A stretch of 64,000 bases of DNA from Octopus sinensis (lineage: Eukaryota): NCBI RefSeq assembly GCF_006345805.1, contig NC_043017.1, positions 31,124,001 to 31,188,000 on the forward strand, in the 5' to 3' direction. The notes beneath the pieces were generated by a model, which saw nothing but the letters and a program-made list of their open reading frames with translations, was not told the origin of the DNA and made no database searches. The stretch's first letter is position 1. Each line of letters begins with the position of its first letter. Positions 1-13,141 of this stretch are shown here, one piece after another. Position numbers and translations under genes: made by a program.

Positions 1-115
1 TGCATACATGAATGTTGATTTGTATAGTCGCATTGCTTAAATGCATTGAGTAAAATTTTGCTGCAGTTTCATGCGATTCTGCGTACTATATATATATATG
101 TATATATATATATAT

Positions 116-170
<55 letters not shown>

Positions 171-173
171 ATA

Positions 174-462
174 TCACCGTGATCACTGTGGCCGACCAGG
201 CTATCAGATGTTGCTACACATCGCTGATCACAATGTGCTTCGCATTGTTTTCGCCTTCAAATGACGCCACCCCGCTGGCCAAGCGAGCAGGTCAACAGAA
301 GAAAGCATGAGAGAAAGTTGTGGCGAAAGAGTACAGCAGGGATCCCCACCACCTCCTGCCGGATCATTGTGAAGTTTTAGGTGTTTTTGGTCAATAAACA
401 CTCACAACGCCCGGTCTCGGAATCGAAACCGCGGTCCTACGACTGTGAGTCCGCTGCCCTAA
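174..462 (-). mobile_element. tRNA-derived SINE, family C (head slightly 5'-truncated)
   Basis: The reverse complement begins GTTAGGGCAGCGGACTCACAGTCGTAGGACCGCGGTTTCGATTCCGAGACCGGGCG, a tRNA-like head with a B-box. The central block is shared with copies at 15.9, 39.8 and 42.1 kb. The 3' part recurs at 58376-58493. Confidence 0.8.
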
Positions 463-892
463 CAATATATATATATATATACATATACACATATGTATAT
501 ATATAGTTCTTCCTATGTATATTTGAGCAACGGCTTTTCGAAACATTACCTTTTCCTAATGTCCTGAAGAAAGGTTCAAAACCCGGAGATGTAGAAATAA
601 AAAATAAAACTGCAACATTGCTTTGTTTTTCTTTTGTTCTTTACTTTTGTAACGTGTCTCATTATAGAACAAATCTCGCCATACACACACACACACACGC
701 ACACACTCACACACACACACTTGTCATCTTCGCACACCTTCTTTACCATTCCGTCTTTGATATAGCTCTCCTGTTTTTTAAAAACATTTTCTTCTACTCT
801 GACCACTTCCGCCTTTTAGTATGTGACCTCGTCTGTATCACTAGCGATTTTTTTCCTCTGTCTTCCCTCCTCGGGACCTTTCCTTCTCCTAT

Positions 893-927
893 GTTTCCGA
901 CGAAGAGCTCCGCTCGAAACGTCAAAC
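893..927 (+). ncRNA. Minimal type I hammerhead-like motif (PLE terminal-repeat type), CCGACGA core variant
   Basis: GTTT-CCGACGA-A-GAGC(TCC)GCTC-GAAA-C-GTC-AAAC. Stem I is GTTT/AAAC, stem II is GAGC/GCTC, stem III is the palindrome ACGT and the cleavage triplet is GUC. Confidence 0.6.
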
Positions 928-1559
928 CCTCCTTCTTCCCTTCTTTCCTGAGCGTCCAATAATACTTTATTTGTTCCACGTCCTTGCGTTGTTGCCTTTT
1001 TGTTTTCTTGTTTGGATCATATATATATAATGTAAATATGTGTATGTATGCGTGTGTGTGAGTTATATGTAAAGCTAAGATCCAAGTGTTCAGGTGTAGG
1101 AAGTTAGTGTGCTCGGAGTTGTGCGTAGAAGGTGAAAAGAAAACTTTCGGGTACAATGATAGTTTATTGATGTAAGAGTCAGTAAATGTTTCCCGTATCG
1201 CAGTTCGATAAGCTGAATGAAACAAGTTACTTTATAGTTTACGGTTAGCAACTGTGGTGCTGTGTATGCCAATAAAAATCCAAATTTAGGGAATTTTTTT
1301 TTTTTAACTGAGGTATCTTTAGCCTGATGAATAGCTAGCGGCGTACCACTCGTTCAGTAATTACTACTTCCGAGGTTCTGCTTGCTAGGAAACATATGAA
1401 GCCTAGATTTTACCTGCTCCATTTATTAAATTTGGATACACACACACGTGCATTCGTCGCGTCGCAATGGCTGCGATATACGGCCGCTTTCGATCGGTCG
1501 TTAAACATTTTTTAAAAAATACTATACGAGAGGAACCAACTTGAGTCTTAAATAAAAGT

Positions 1560-2596
1560 GGTTACCTTGTATCAAACTCACAGAACCGCTAAATCAAAAT
1601 AAAACCAGATAAAAAAAGACCAATAACAAACATCCTTAATTAAAATTTTTAAACACACATTTATTCCTATGAACACAGAAAAAAACCCTTTCAGGTACCT
1701 TTTCGGTTTGAACGGCAGTTTTTTCTGGCGGTGTCATATGAAATTGCCACCCATAATTATGATCCTAGAATCGAACTATTGCATTTCAATCTATTTTAGA
1801 TTTAGGGTTAGTTAGGTTTAGTTAGGGTTAGGGCTAGGGTTAAGGTTAGGGGTGGGGGAAGGGTATCTTTTTTTTCTTCACAAATGTAAATAAACCCAAT
1901 CTGTTTCTTAAACGAGGGACATATTCATACGGCACAGAATGCTTTTTAACTCAATAGACGTCACTGATTGGTTGAAATTGCAGAAATTGAAGAAAAAACA
2001 ACAAATATCTTACAAACTATAGAATTTTCTCAATAAAGCCAAGAGAAAAAGATGTTCTATAAACACATTCTCCCAGTATACGGAGTTTTAAATTTTTTAG
2101 TTACCTGGAAATTATGTTAAAAACTGCCGTTCAAACCGAAAAGATCCCCTTTCAGATTTAGAAAATATAAATTTCTAGAAAATATAATCAAAAACAATAC
2201 CTCGGAACAAAAGAGCAGAACCTATTACCAATCCTATAAACCGGAGCCGACTCTAAAATGCTCCATTCAATAAAGTACGATTTATTATTATCTTCAAGAT
2301 TCCAGATAAGATTAATAAGACGACTAGAAGCCATATATCTGTTCCAAAAGGACTGATAATGATTCGAAACCCTGCTCTTAATATAATTAGCAGAAGAACC
2401 AATATAAAAGTAATCATTAACTTCAGAAATAGCTTTCGCTTGATAGACGACTTCTCTACGTTTACAAAATTACGAAATAAACAATTTTCTTTGTTTCTAC
2501 AATCACAAAGGGAATTATCACCCCTACTCGCACCTTCAACAATTGAATTATCATTAAGTGAAAAGCTATTACCTCCTCCATTATTGAAACTTATTT
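1560..2596 (-). pseudogene. Penelope-like element GIY-YIG endonuclease remnant, interrupted by a MITE
   Basis: Manual minus-strand translation across a frameshift gives CDCRNKENC...REVVYQAKAISEVNDYFYIGSSANYIKSRVSNHYQSF...LIWNLED...IEWSILESAPVYRIGNRFCSFCSE. It resumes beyond the MITE as CVHRNKCVFKNFN*. The VVY..YIG..K.R..H and CxxC layout is typical of PLE endonucleases. Confidence 0.75.
1694..2148. mobile_element. MITE with ~25-30 bp TIRs and an internal TTAGGG-like tract
   Basis: TIRs are CTTTTCGGTTTGAACGGCAGTTTTT (1699) and AAAAACTGCCGTTCAAACCGAAAAG (ending 2143). The direct repeat CCCTTTCAG lies at 1686-1694 and 2147-2155, so the TSD is 6-9 bp depending on the boundary chosen. Confidence 0.85.
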
Positions 2597-3116
2597 GGCG
2601 GTGAGCTGGCAGAAACGTTAGTGCGCCGGGCGAAATTCGTGCAGAACTAACCGTTTGGAAGCGCACGGTTACAAAACGCCGAGACCGAAAAGTCAGCTGA
2701 GAGGTCATAGACGGAATGTCAGATATGTTATTGACAACGAGCTACGAAGATGGAGCAACCATTGTATATATGTATTGATGTATGTATTTATGTATATATA
2801 ACTATATGTATGTATCTGTCTGTCTGTCTTCATGTCTTTCTGTATGTGTCTCTCCGTCCGTCTGTCTGTCTGCCTGTTGCCTGTATGTATGTATGCACGT
2901 AAGTCTATATATGTGTGTATGTACGTATTGATAGCCAGACAAACACAGATAGATAAAATACACACAAACACAAACATACACACACTCTCACATATAGGCG
3001 CATATGCAAAATATATTCCATTTCTAGTTAGGTGATACTCGACAATACTTCAACTGTTTATGTGTGTGTATATGTATGTGAGTGTGTGTGTGTACATATA
3101 TATAGGGATATGTGTA

Positions 3117-3148
<32 letters not shown>

Positions 3149-3151
<3 letters not shown>

Positions 3152-4242
3152 GAATGCACACGCACATATATCTATTCAATATAGTCTAGGTTACAAGCTC
3201 ATGAGGTGCATTCGAAAGCTCTTATAATGTTATCGGCTACCAGATGTCATATCACTTTTCCGGGATATGATAAACGTGTGGAACACCGCTATTGTATAAC
3301 AAATTACAGCTGTTCTCAGGCGCAGAAACAAATGAAATTTGCAGTAAAAGCTTCTTTTTTCCCATATTACTGTTATAAATAATATATGTGTGTGTGTGTG
3401 GAGGCGCATGGCCACACTCAAATTACTGAAACAAGTAAAATAGTAAAAGTGATGTACAAGTGGCGGGGCAGAAAAAATGCATTATATTAGTTATTCACCT
3501 TGGTATATTATACCGTGATGAGTCAAAAGGATTTTCAAATAAAAAATTTCATTTCTTTCTTCCTCCCGTAAAATTCTGATTGTTAAAATGTTTATATGTG
3601 AACAAATTTATTTGTGAAGAAACCTAATGAAATCTGGCTGTAGTCATATGAATATAGAAAGGAATTAAGCTCATTCCAAGCTACGAAACAAAGCATAGAA
3701 TGCATTTAAGTAAATTAGTAAAGAACGACTATATAGATATATTCTGGACTTGTATATGAGCCAGGAAGAAGCTGGTTTTGGAAAATCATAATAAGTAGCT
3801 CCAGATGGTATGAAAATGTTAAGAGAAAAATGGATTAGGAAGTAAAAATTAACATTACATAAATATATGGAAATTTTACAAGCATCTTGAAATAAACAGC
3901 AACAAGATAAGTTGGGCTTCAGAAGAAAATTAATTAAAGTATTAAAATAATAGAGAAAGCAACCATGTTATGCGGAAGAACACAAACCTAAGGCCTGCCA
4001 TCGTTTTGTGTAGAATGTTACTAAAGTTTTGCATGATGAGCTGTGTGAAAACCTACATTAAATTCACAAGATTAACAATATGAATTGATTTCGCAAGAAT
4101 ATATATAAAAAGAAAAAGACACACAAATACACATATACATGTATAATACGTATCAATGTAAATAAGCACATATAGATATACAAATATACATATACGTATA
4201 AATGCATATTCATGTATGTACACACACACACACAGACACACA

Positions 4243-4297
<55 letters not shown>

Positions 4298-5390
4298 CAT
4301 GAATGCACACGCACATATATCTATTCAATATAGTCTAGGTTACAAGCTCATGAGGTGCATTCGAAAGCTCTTATAATGTTATCGGCTACCAGATGTCATA
4401 TCACTTTTCCGGGATATGATAAACGTGTGGAACACCGCTATTGTATATACAAATTACAGCTGTTCTCAGGCGCAGAAACAAATGAAATTTGCAGTAAAAG
4501 CTTCTTTTTTCCCATATTACTGTTATAAATAATATATGTGTGTGTGTGTGGAGGCGCATGGCCACACTCAAATTACTGAAACAAGTAAAATAGTAAAAGT
4601 GATGTACAAGTGGCGGGGCAGAAAAAATGCATTATATTAGTTATTCACCTTGGTATATTATACCGTGATGAGTCAAAAGGATTTTCAAATAAAAAATTTC
4701 ATTTCTTCTTCCTCCCGTAAAATTCTGATTGTTAAAATGTTTATATGTGAACAAATTTATTTGTGAAGAAACCTAATGAAATCTGGCTGTAGTCATATGA
4801 ATATAGAAAGGAATTAAGCTCATTCCAAGCTACGAAACAAAGCATAGAATGCATTTAAGTAATTAGTAAAGAACGACTATATAGATATATTCTGGACTTG
4901 TATATGAGCCAGGAAGAAGCTGGTTTTGGAAAATCATAATAAGTAGCTCCAGATGGTATGAAAATGTTAAGAGAAAAATGGATTAGGAAGTAAAAATTAA
5001 CATTACATAAATATATGGAAATTTTACAAGCATCTTGAAATAAACAGCAACAAGATAAGTTGGGCTTCAGAAGAAAATTAATTAAAGTATTAAAATAATA
5101 GAGAAAGCAACCATGTTATGCGGAAGAACACAAACCTAAGGCCTGCCATCGTTTTGTGTAGAATGTTACTAAAGTTTTGCATGATGAGCTGTGTGAAAAC
5201 CTACATTAAATTCACAAGATTAACAATATGAATTGATTTCGCAAGAATATATATAAAAAGAAAAAGACACACAAATACACATATACATGTATAATACGTA
5301 TCAATGTAAATAAGCACATATAGATATACAAATATACATATACGTATAAATGCATATTCATGTATGTACACACACACACACAGACACACA

Positions 5391-5422
<32 letters not shown>

Positions 5423-5445
5423 ATATATATATAATATATATAATA
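3149..5445 (+). repeat. Direct tandem duplication of a ~1148-bp unit (two copies)
   Basis: 3149-4297 and 4298-~5445 match apart from a few 1-bp indels. The ORF track shows identical ORFs at 4053-4241 and 5201-5389. The junctions are (TA)n tracts. Confidence 0.95.
3640..4056 (+). pseudogene. Possible highly decayed piggyBac-like transposase C-terminus (duplicated at ~4790-5204)
   Basis: A stop-riddled frame reads ...REKWIRK*KL...DKLGFRRKLIKVL...CHRFV*...LCENLH. This loosely resembles the KW.KK / L.FRR.L and Cys-rich end of piggyBac transposases. Confidence 0.3.
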
Positions 5446-5553
5446 TATATAATATGTATTTGTACATATATATATGTATATATATATGTATGTGTGTGTG
5501 TTTTGTCAGTATATATACATATATATATATTATATATATATATTTATATATAT

Positions 5554-5613
<60 letters not shown>

Positions 5614-6242
5614 TATTATATGTATATATGTTAATGCATATATGCATATTTATAAATTCACACGCACACACGCAATCATGCGCAATCACATGTGTGGTGT
5701 ATGTATGTATATATGTATGTATGTATATATATATACACACATATAAATATGTACATTTCTCTTAGAGTTAAAAGAAAAAATATAGAAGAGATACCGTTTG
5801 AAGCAAACATGAAATGCTATTATCGATCTGCTCCAACATTTAGTCGACAAACAATTATCAGAAAACTTTTGCTCTCCACATCATCGCCACCCTCAAACAA
5901 AATATTGCAATAAAAAAATATCAGTATTAAATAAATAATTCCTAATAACACATCATATATACCAAATAATAGTATTTTCTCTATCTTTTTGAATGGAGAT
6001 TCTATTGTAAATAGGTGAAAGAGCAAACCTAGTTTGCTCTGTAGGAAATTTGAAATTTGTTAAGGCAGGGATGCTGCATTAGATGTTGTTATCTCAATTG
6101 ATGTTGATCTCCATCATTTCAATTCAGATTTCAATAACTATGTCCCAGATAGGGTGATACTTATTTCATTGAAATCGATTTTTCTCTTAATATGATTATG
6201 TGAGTTAGTGTGTGGAAATATGTATGTGTGTATCCATGTCTG

Positions 6243-6280
<38 letters not shown>

Positions 6281-6427
6281 GTATGCACATATGTAAATTC
6301 ATATGTATATTTATGTAAGTGTGTATATATGCATATATATATATATATATATACATACATACATACAAACATACATACATACATATATATTCATCTTTCA
6401 CAATAGGATATAAATACATATAAATAC

Positions 6428-6474
<47 letters not shown>

Positions 6475-8018
6475 ATATACATAGCCAACGCAAGGAAAAT
6501 TCTTTGAATTCAAAATATGAAGTTGATAAATATAATAAAAGGAATTACACTGTGCTTAACACAAAGTTTCATGTTAATGCTTTTCGATACGATTCATAGA
6601 TTTATTAAGAATTAAAGTATGAAAAGTGTTTTATAGAAATGTTAAATACTGAACACTTATAATGTAATATTTATCATTTAAAATATTTAATGTTTCAGAA
6701 AACTATTAGGTATAATGCTAGGAATGATTTGTATAAATGCATTGTTAAAATTTGTATATTCGTCTCCTGTTTACATACTCCAGAATGAGCAACAGGCAAT
6801 TTGCCGTATGTTAAATCATGAAAGATTTGAAAAATTAATGAATATTGAAACGAGATATTTCTAACTTTGCTGCAAGCCTAAGAAGAATACCAGTAGCACC
6901 ATTGTCATAGTCTTACACAATATTACTGGTGAATCTATAAGATGTAGAAGAATTTCCACCTAAGATGCTTCCATTGGCTGGAATCAGTCTTCTACTGTGA
7001 TGAGTGAAAACGTTAGAAATACAGTGAAAATGTTAGCTGGGATATTTATAATTGTGTAATTTTTTTTATCAAAATATCATGAACTATGCTATCTTAAACT
7101 TCATTTATATTTAATTAGATCGGACTATTTGATATTTTCTTTAGTTTGACTTTCTGATGAATGGGGTTATTTCATGAAAACAATTATCAATGTTTTTATT
7201 TACTCGCAATCCCAAATGAGATTTTGGTTGAAGTTACTTTGATTCGCCCAGCTAATTATATTCTCCAATATATTAAGATAAATTACAAAACAGAGCTACA
7301 GGTTGATATAATCAGGTCGAATGGTCGTAGTCTTTATTTGGTGTTGCTGTATTCTTGTACACAAAAGTCATATATCATGTTTTATCTTGTCTCATGAAAG
7401 CTTTATTTTTAATTTATATTTAGTTTACTATCTGATCGATAGTGTATGTAATTAACTGGTTACCTATCGTTCTATATGTTTACTTGTTTTGTTTTGCCTC
7501 CCACTATTACAATAAAATTGTAAAATGAAATTAGGGTCTATAGTAATTTATGTTTCCATTAGTTTATTTCTGATATCAGACTGGTTTCAGATGCTATTCA
7601 GAAACTATTTCCTTTCATTTACCATCCTTTTTCCACGTCAGTAACAATTTACATGATTTTGTTTTTCAAGTAATTTTGATAAACTTTTGTCTCCATATGC
7701 TTCATTTAATCAAATTTTGAACTAGCGTTAATTGATTTTCTTTCATATTTTCTTCTTTTTTTTTGATGGTCGGAGTTATTTCTCTGTAAAATTGACATTG
7801 TTCATCCTACATTTTATCTAATCTACTTCAATTGTACTTCATTGCATGACTTCCGAATATTTTTTCACATTCTCACAAGAGTGTTTAAATTTTTTCTCTT
7901 TAAAATAGAAGTTACACACACAAACACACACATATATATATGAAACCCTGCCAGAAATGATTAGCGAACAAGAAGCGTCAAGGGCGGCCTACAACGGACA
8001 GCCAAGAGAGATTAGAGT

Positions 8019-8096
<78 letters not shown>

Positions 8097-8564
8097 AGAG
8101 AGAGACCATGATTTGAACTGTAATTGTCCCTAAAGTCAACACGTAAGTCTTTGTCATATTATATGCAATTAAGTTTGACCAGTGGGAAATTAAATAGATT
8201 TACTACCATCACGGGAACTTCAAAAATTCGTATATAAAACTCATTTGGTCGACATTTATCTCTTTTAAGTTAAAACTCGTCTGAATTTTGAAATTTACAT
8301 TTGCCCTACTTTGAATTAAAGCTAGCTAAAATAACATTTCTCTAATTCTTGTATATATATTCTAACTCGCTTATTTCCAACAAAAAGGATTTGTCTTACA
8401 CTATCATATTCATAATGTAAATTATATTACATTCAACCGTTTCCCTTATTTCTATAAATACCAGTTTTGATACAGATCAACCTCTCCTATACAAAGTTTG
8501 GAAACCCTAAAGTAATGGTTTGTTCTACATGAAATGATTATTTTCAGAGGTGTTACTTTTTCAT

Positions 8565-8973
8565 CTTTTACTTATTTCAGCCATTAGACTGCAGTTATGC
8601 CGGGGTCCTGCATTCAAGAATTCATACTCGAATGAATCACCCCCGGTATTTTTTTGTTTGTAAGCCTGGCACTTTAGCTATCTGCCTGTTTTACCGAACG
8701 GTTACGTTACGGAGACGTAAATACTGCAACACCGGTTGTAAGGCGAAGTTGGGACAAACACATGCGCACGCACACACATCCACACGCATCCACACACGCA
8801 CACACACACACACATATAAAGTACATCTTCCGGTTTCCGTCTACCAAATCCACTCACAAGGTTTTGGTTGGTCCGCTGCTGTAGTATAAAACACTTGCCC
8901 AAGTTGCCACGCAGTGAGACTGAACCTGGATCCATGGGGTTGGGAAGCAAACTACTTACCACTCAGCCACACC
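8565..8973 (-). mobile_element. tRNA-derived CORE-type SINE, family B
   Basis: Minus strand has a tRNA-like head, then CTGCGTGGCAACTTGGGCAAGTG (CORE-like), an internal (CA)n and a degenerate A-rich tail. Confidence 0.75.
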
Positions 8974-9357
8974 TTCAAAACTTAATAAATATTCATCTAC
9001 AATGAACGAAGATGAATTTAGTAAGAAATTAAGATAATTTCAATTTGTAATGCAAATATTAGCTACTGTGAAATCAATAAGGCAACAGTTTTCTAAACAA
9101 TACGATTAAACAACTCCACTGTATTTGGGAAACTGTGAAAGTTCAACAAATATATCCAAGATATTGTTTGTGTTTCAATTACAAAGATATTCTCTGCAAG
9201 TCATAGACTTATAGCCAGGAGAATGAGAAGAGATACGGACAAAAGTCTTCTTAGGTATCTATTATTGTGCTTAACATACATCTGTCAGTTTGTCTGCCTG
9301 TCTGTCTGTCTCTACTACTACTACTACTACAAACATAGACACACACACATACATATT

Positions 9358-9571
9358 CTCTTTTACTCTCTTTTACTTGATTCAATCATGTGACTGCGGC
9401 CATGATGGAGCCCCGCCTTTAGTTGATCAAATCGAGCCCAGGACTTATTCTTTGTAAGCCTAGTACTTATTTTATCGGCCTTCTTTTTGCCGAACAGCTA
9501 AGTTACGGAGACGTAAACACACCAGCATCGGTTGTCAAGCAATGTTGGGGGGACAAACACAGACATACAAA

Positions 9572-9621
<50 letters not shown>

Positions 9622-9718
9622 ACATATATACGACGGGCTTCTTTCAGTTGGTCCCACGCAGAGGGACTGAACCCGAAACCATGTGGTTCCCAAGCAAGGT
9701 ACTTACCACACAGCCACT

Positions 9719-9720
<2 letters not shown>
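9358..9720 (-). mobile_element. CORE-type SINE, family B (internal deletion)
   Basis: Same head and tail (AGTAAAAGAG repeats) as the other family B copies. The CORE-containing segment is missing. Confidence 0.8.
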
Positions 9721-9758
<38 letters not shown>

Positions 9759-9799
9759 CAGGTTGTATCGTCTTTGAATTGGTAGAGGGAAACAATTCT

Positions 9800-10905
9800 G
9801 AGGCTTGGATTTTTGTTATTGGCGCAAATGTCGATGGACCTCAAGCGCCATCGCTCTTAAAACCTTTGAGCTTTTAATACCCAGTTATGTAGGAGATGGC
9901 AGAGATTTCATCCGACACATTCCTCCCACTGTTGCAGAAGGTGCTGTACTGGCAAATTTTTATGTCACCTATCTCTATACTAATATACCTCACACTTTAG
10001 GCATATAAGCAATCAGACACTGGATAGAAAAACATAGAGGACGGATAACTGTACGCTTCAAGACTGACTTCATCACCAAGGCCATACTTCTAATACTAGA
10101 AGAACATAGCTTTAGATTCGACAATAAAATATATCGATAGATAAAGGGTACGACTATGGGTACGTGGTTTGCGCCCTCATATGCAAACTTAGTTATGGGA
10201 TACTTGGAAGAAAAAACTTTATGAGGAAGTAGAAAAAACTTTTGATCAGGATTACAAGAACTATATCATTGAAAGGTGGAAACGCTTCCGTGGTGATTGC
10301 TTCTTCTTCTGGGACAAATCAAATAAAGATCTGAATATATTTAACAATATACTAAACACACTTCACCCATCCGTCAAATTCACGACAGAATCCAGTTGCA
10401 ATGAGCTACTATTCCTGGATATCCACATAAAAATACAGAACTCCACAGTTAAAACAGACATATTTTACAAAAAACTGACTCACACCAATATTTAAATTTC
10501 TACTCATGCCATCCATCACCCATCAAACACAACATACTATACAGCATGGCAAGACGCATCTGTGCGTAACTGACCCCAAAATACGATTTCATTCGTTAAC
10601 ACACACATTCCTGGAATAATCAACATCTTTCACCCCATAAAATCGAACTTACCCACACTCCCACAAAGCCCCAAAATGAAAACTCTGATATAAAAGAAAA
10701 CACCTTACGGAATGGCAAATTCCAACCAAAAAATCTTTAAAAACATCTCACACGGACAGAATTCGAAACAGTGAATGAATCAGAATTCTTAGTGAAAGAA
10801 TGTGGGGATAGTAGATGTGGAACATGCAACAATATCAACAACTTCAAATAAATGATGAATCAATAGTCAGAAATAAATCCTACTTTGCCCCTTACAAGGG
10901 AAAGG
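9800..10905 (+). pseudogene. Penelope-like element RT core plus linker (decayed)
   Basis: IPSYVGDGRDF...YLYTNIPH...FRFDNKIYR*IKGTTMGTWFAPSYANLVMGYLEEK...RFRGDC...LHPSVKFTTE...LLFLDI...TDIFYK, followed by the linker VKECGDSRCGTC. These are PLE RT motifs (GTAMG..AP.YAN, LPFLD, TDIFYK). Confidence 0.85.
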
Positions 10906-10914
10906 ACAAACATT

Positions 10915-11285
10915 TAGACGCGTATATAGAGCTTTGGTGTTGGAGAAGACTTTTACGGATTCCATGGACAGCAAGGCTCACCAATGGAGAAGTTCTTAAG
11001 CAGATCAGGCTGAAAATCTCGCTAGAAGCTAGGATCACCAAGTATAGATTGGCATATTTCGGTCATATTATGCGGAGAAAATCCCTGGAGAAGGACATCA
11101 TGCTCGGAATGGTCAGTGGCAAGAGAGGAAGAGGCCGAGCAAGAACTCGCTGGCTTGACTCCATCAAGAGTGATACCGGAATGGACATAGCCAAGGATAG
11201 AACTGACTGGAGGACACTGATCCAACGCGTGACCGAGAGTCGACTTCGACTGAGCGGACAGATAGATAGATAGATAGATAGATAT
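10915..11285 (+). mobile_element. RTE/BovB-type LINE 3' fragment with a (GATA)n tail
   Basis: ORF 10815-11273 contains ELWCWRRLLRIPWTARLTN...LAYFGHIMRRKSLEKDIMLGMVSGKRGRGRARTRWLDSIK, the typical RTE C-terminus. An ATAG repeat tail follows. Confidence 0.9.
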
Positions 11286-11289
11286 AGAC

Positions 11290-11740
11290 ACGATTTCAAA
11301 ATTTCCCCTAAATACCCACAGATGCAAAGAAAACCTACGTAAAAAAGAAAAGGAAGCGTTGCAAACACTGAAGAATTACAACCCAATCATCCTAAAAGAA
11401 GCCGATAAGGGAGGGGCGATAGTTATCATGGACAAGAACTATTATAAAGATAAAATATTGGAAATTCTAACAGACCAAACCTACTACAAGGAAGACCCAA
11501 GAGACTCAGAAAAAGCGATAATGAATAAAATCAGAAGACTAACCAGTGAATTCCAAGATTCCTTCAGAGACACAGCAAAAGATTATCTATGCAACTCTGT
11601 AACCAAAGTGATAAATTTCTTCGGATTACCCACAATCCACAAAAACTCAGAAATACAAAGTGCCATAAATAAGCAGAACTAGTGCGTAAAAAATACTAAG
11701 ACCTGCTAACCTCAAACTAAGACCAATAGATGCTGATTCT
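11290..11740 (+). pseudogene. Penelope-like element N-terminal RT segment
   Basis: NLRKKEKEALQTLKNYNPIILKEADKGGAIVIMDK...FFGLPTIHK...LKLRPI, the ADKG / YGLPKIHK / LRPI motifs of PLE RT. Confidence 0.85.
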
Positions 11741-11957
11741 AAATACAACTCAAAGAGGAGAAAAAGAAAGTAGGAAAAAGTCAGGAAAAGGAAAGAAAAG
11801 AAGGAAGGGAAAAAAGAGGAATAGAAAGATAGCAAAAGAAACTTTCTGTGATGACCAAAGCTCACCTGTTTTTTTAATTCTAATTTTTATTTTTATTTAT
11901 TTGTTTGGGACAGACACGAAAATGTATGTAGCATCATAGAAGTCAACTGTCCTGCTG

Positions 11958-12029
<72 letters not shown>

Positions 12030-12062
12030 TGTATGTATGTATATATATATATAATATATATA

Positions 12063-12125
<63 letters not shown>

Positions 12126-12891
12126 TGTGCGTTGCGCCTAGGTAGGTGTATGCGAGTGTGTTTGTATGTGTGTTCGCGTGCATTTGTGTGTGTGTAATTT
12201 CCAGATGCTGTGTTTCTATCTCTTTAGCCATTGTAACTCACTTAAATCCGATCTATTGTAGAAGCTAAAAAACTGCAGTATTCGTCCTGAGAAAGTTTAT
12301 CGTATCGACCCGAAATGTTAAAAATCTCAGAAGAGCATCAGTAGCAGACGAAAAACCTACGTCAGCGACAATGGAATTATAAAATCCGGATTCATGCGTC
12401 TATGACAGTCATCAGTGGCAAGTATCCACTCTCAACCCCATGCCTTGACAAATTTCTCTTCTACTGATATAGAACAAAAATCAATATATGATCAATCTAA
12501 ACTGAATGATGAACAGTCCATTAGGAAAACAATCGCTCCTCTTTTCCTCACATCGGTTGTATAGAAAACAAATGTAAAAGATATGCTCACATTTTGCTTT
12601 ACCCTCTGTGATTCTACATACTATTTCGATTTGTGTGAGTTCTCATTTCCGGCAGGTTGTACTTTTATATTTCTCACACCGTATGTGTGTGTGTTAATGT
12701 GTGTGTGTGAGTGTGTGCGTGTTTGCGTGTAAAGCCATTTACAGAGAGGAGGAAATCTAATACAAATTTAAATATTGACTGTTTTAAATTCATTCGCCGT
12801 GGGACAGTTAAGAAACTTTCTTGTGATAAGTTATGTACGATATTCTATGATATCATTTAATTGTGTGTATGTATCTATCACTATCTATCTA

Positions 12892-12924
<33 letters not shown>

Positions 12925-13022
12925 GCAATTGTGCGACCCGACCTCGTTTCCGAGATTTTTTAGTAGCAAAAAAAGGATTTTGTGTCAAAATCCTAGTTCA
13001 GTTGGTCGCCTTTGTATATATG

Positions 13023-13070
<48 letters not shown>

Positions 13071-13077
13071 CATACTT

Positions 13078-13141
<64 letters not shown>

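Noticed and set aside
1320-1410. CTGATGA...GAAACATATG near the PLE remnant
   Set aside because: The NUH triplet is missing and stem I does not pair; at best a decayed relic.
1800-1852. True telomere or chromosome-fusion scar
   Set aside because: The tract is short, degenerate and enclosed in a MITE.
2253-2708. 151-aa minus-strand ORF with a hydrophobic stretch as a membrane protein
   Set aside because: It is the shifted frame of the PLE GIY-YIG remnant joined to a SINE fragment.
7152-7195. CTGATGA...GAAA in unique AT-rich DNA
   Set aside because: No credible stem I or stem III; expected by chance.
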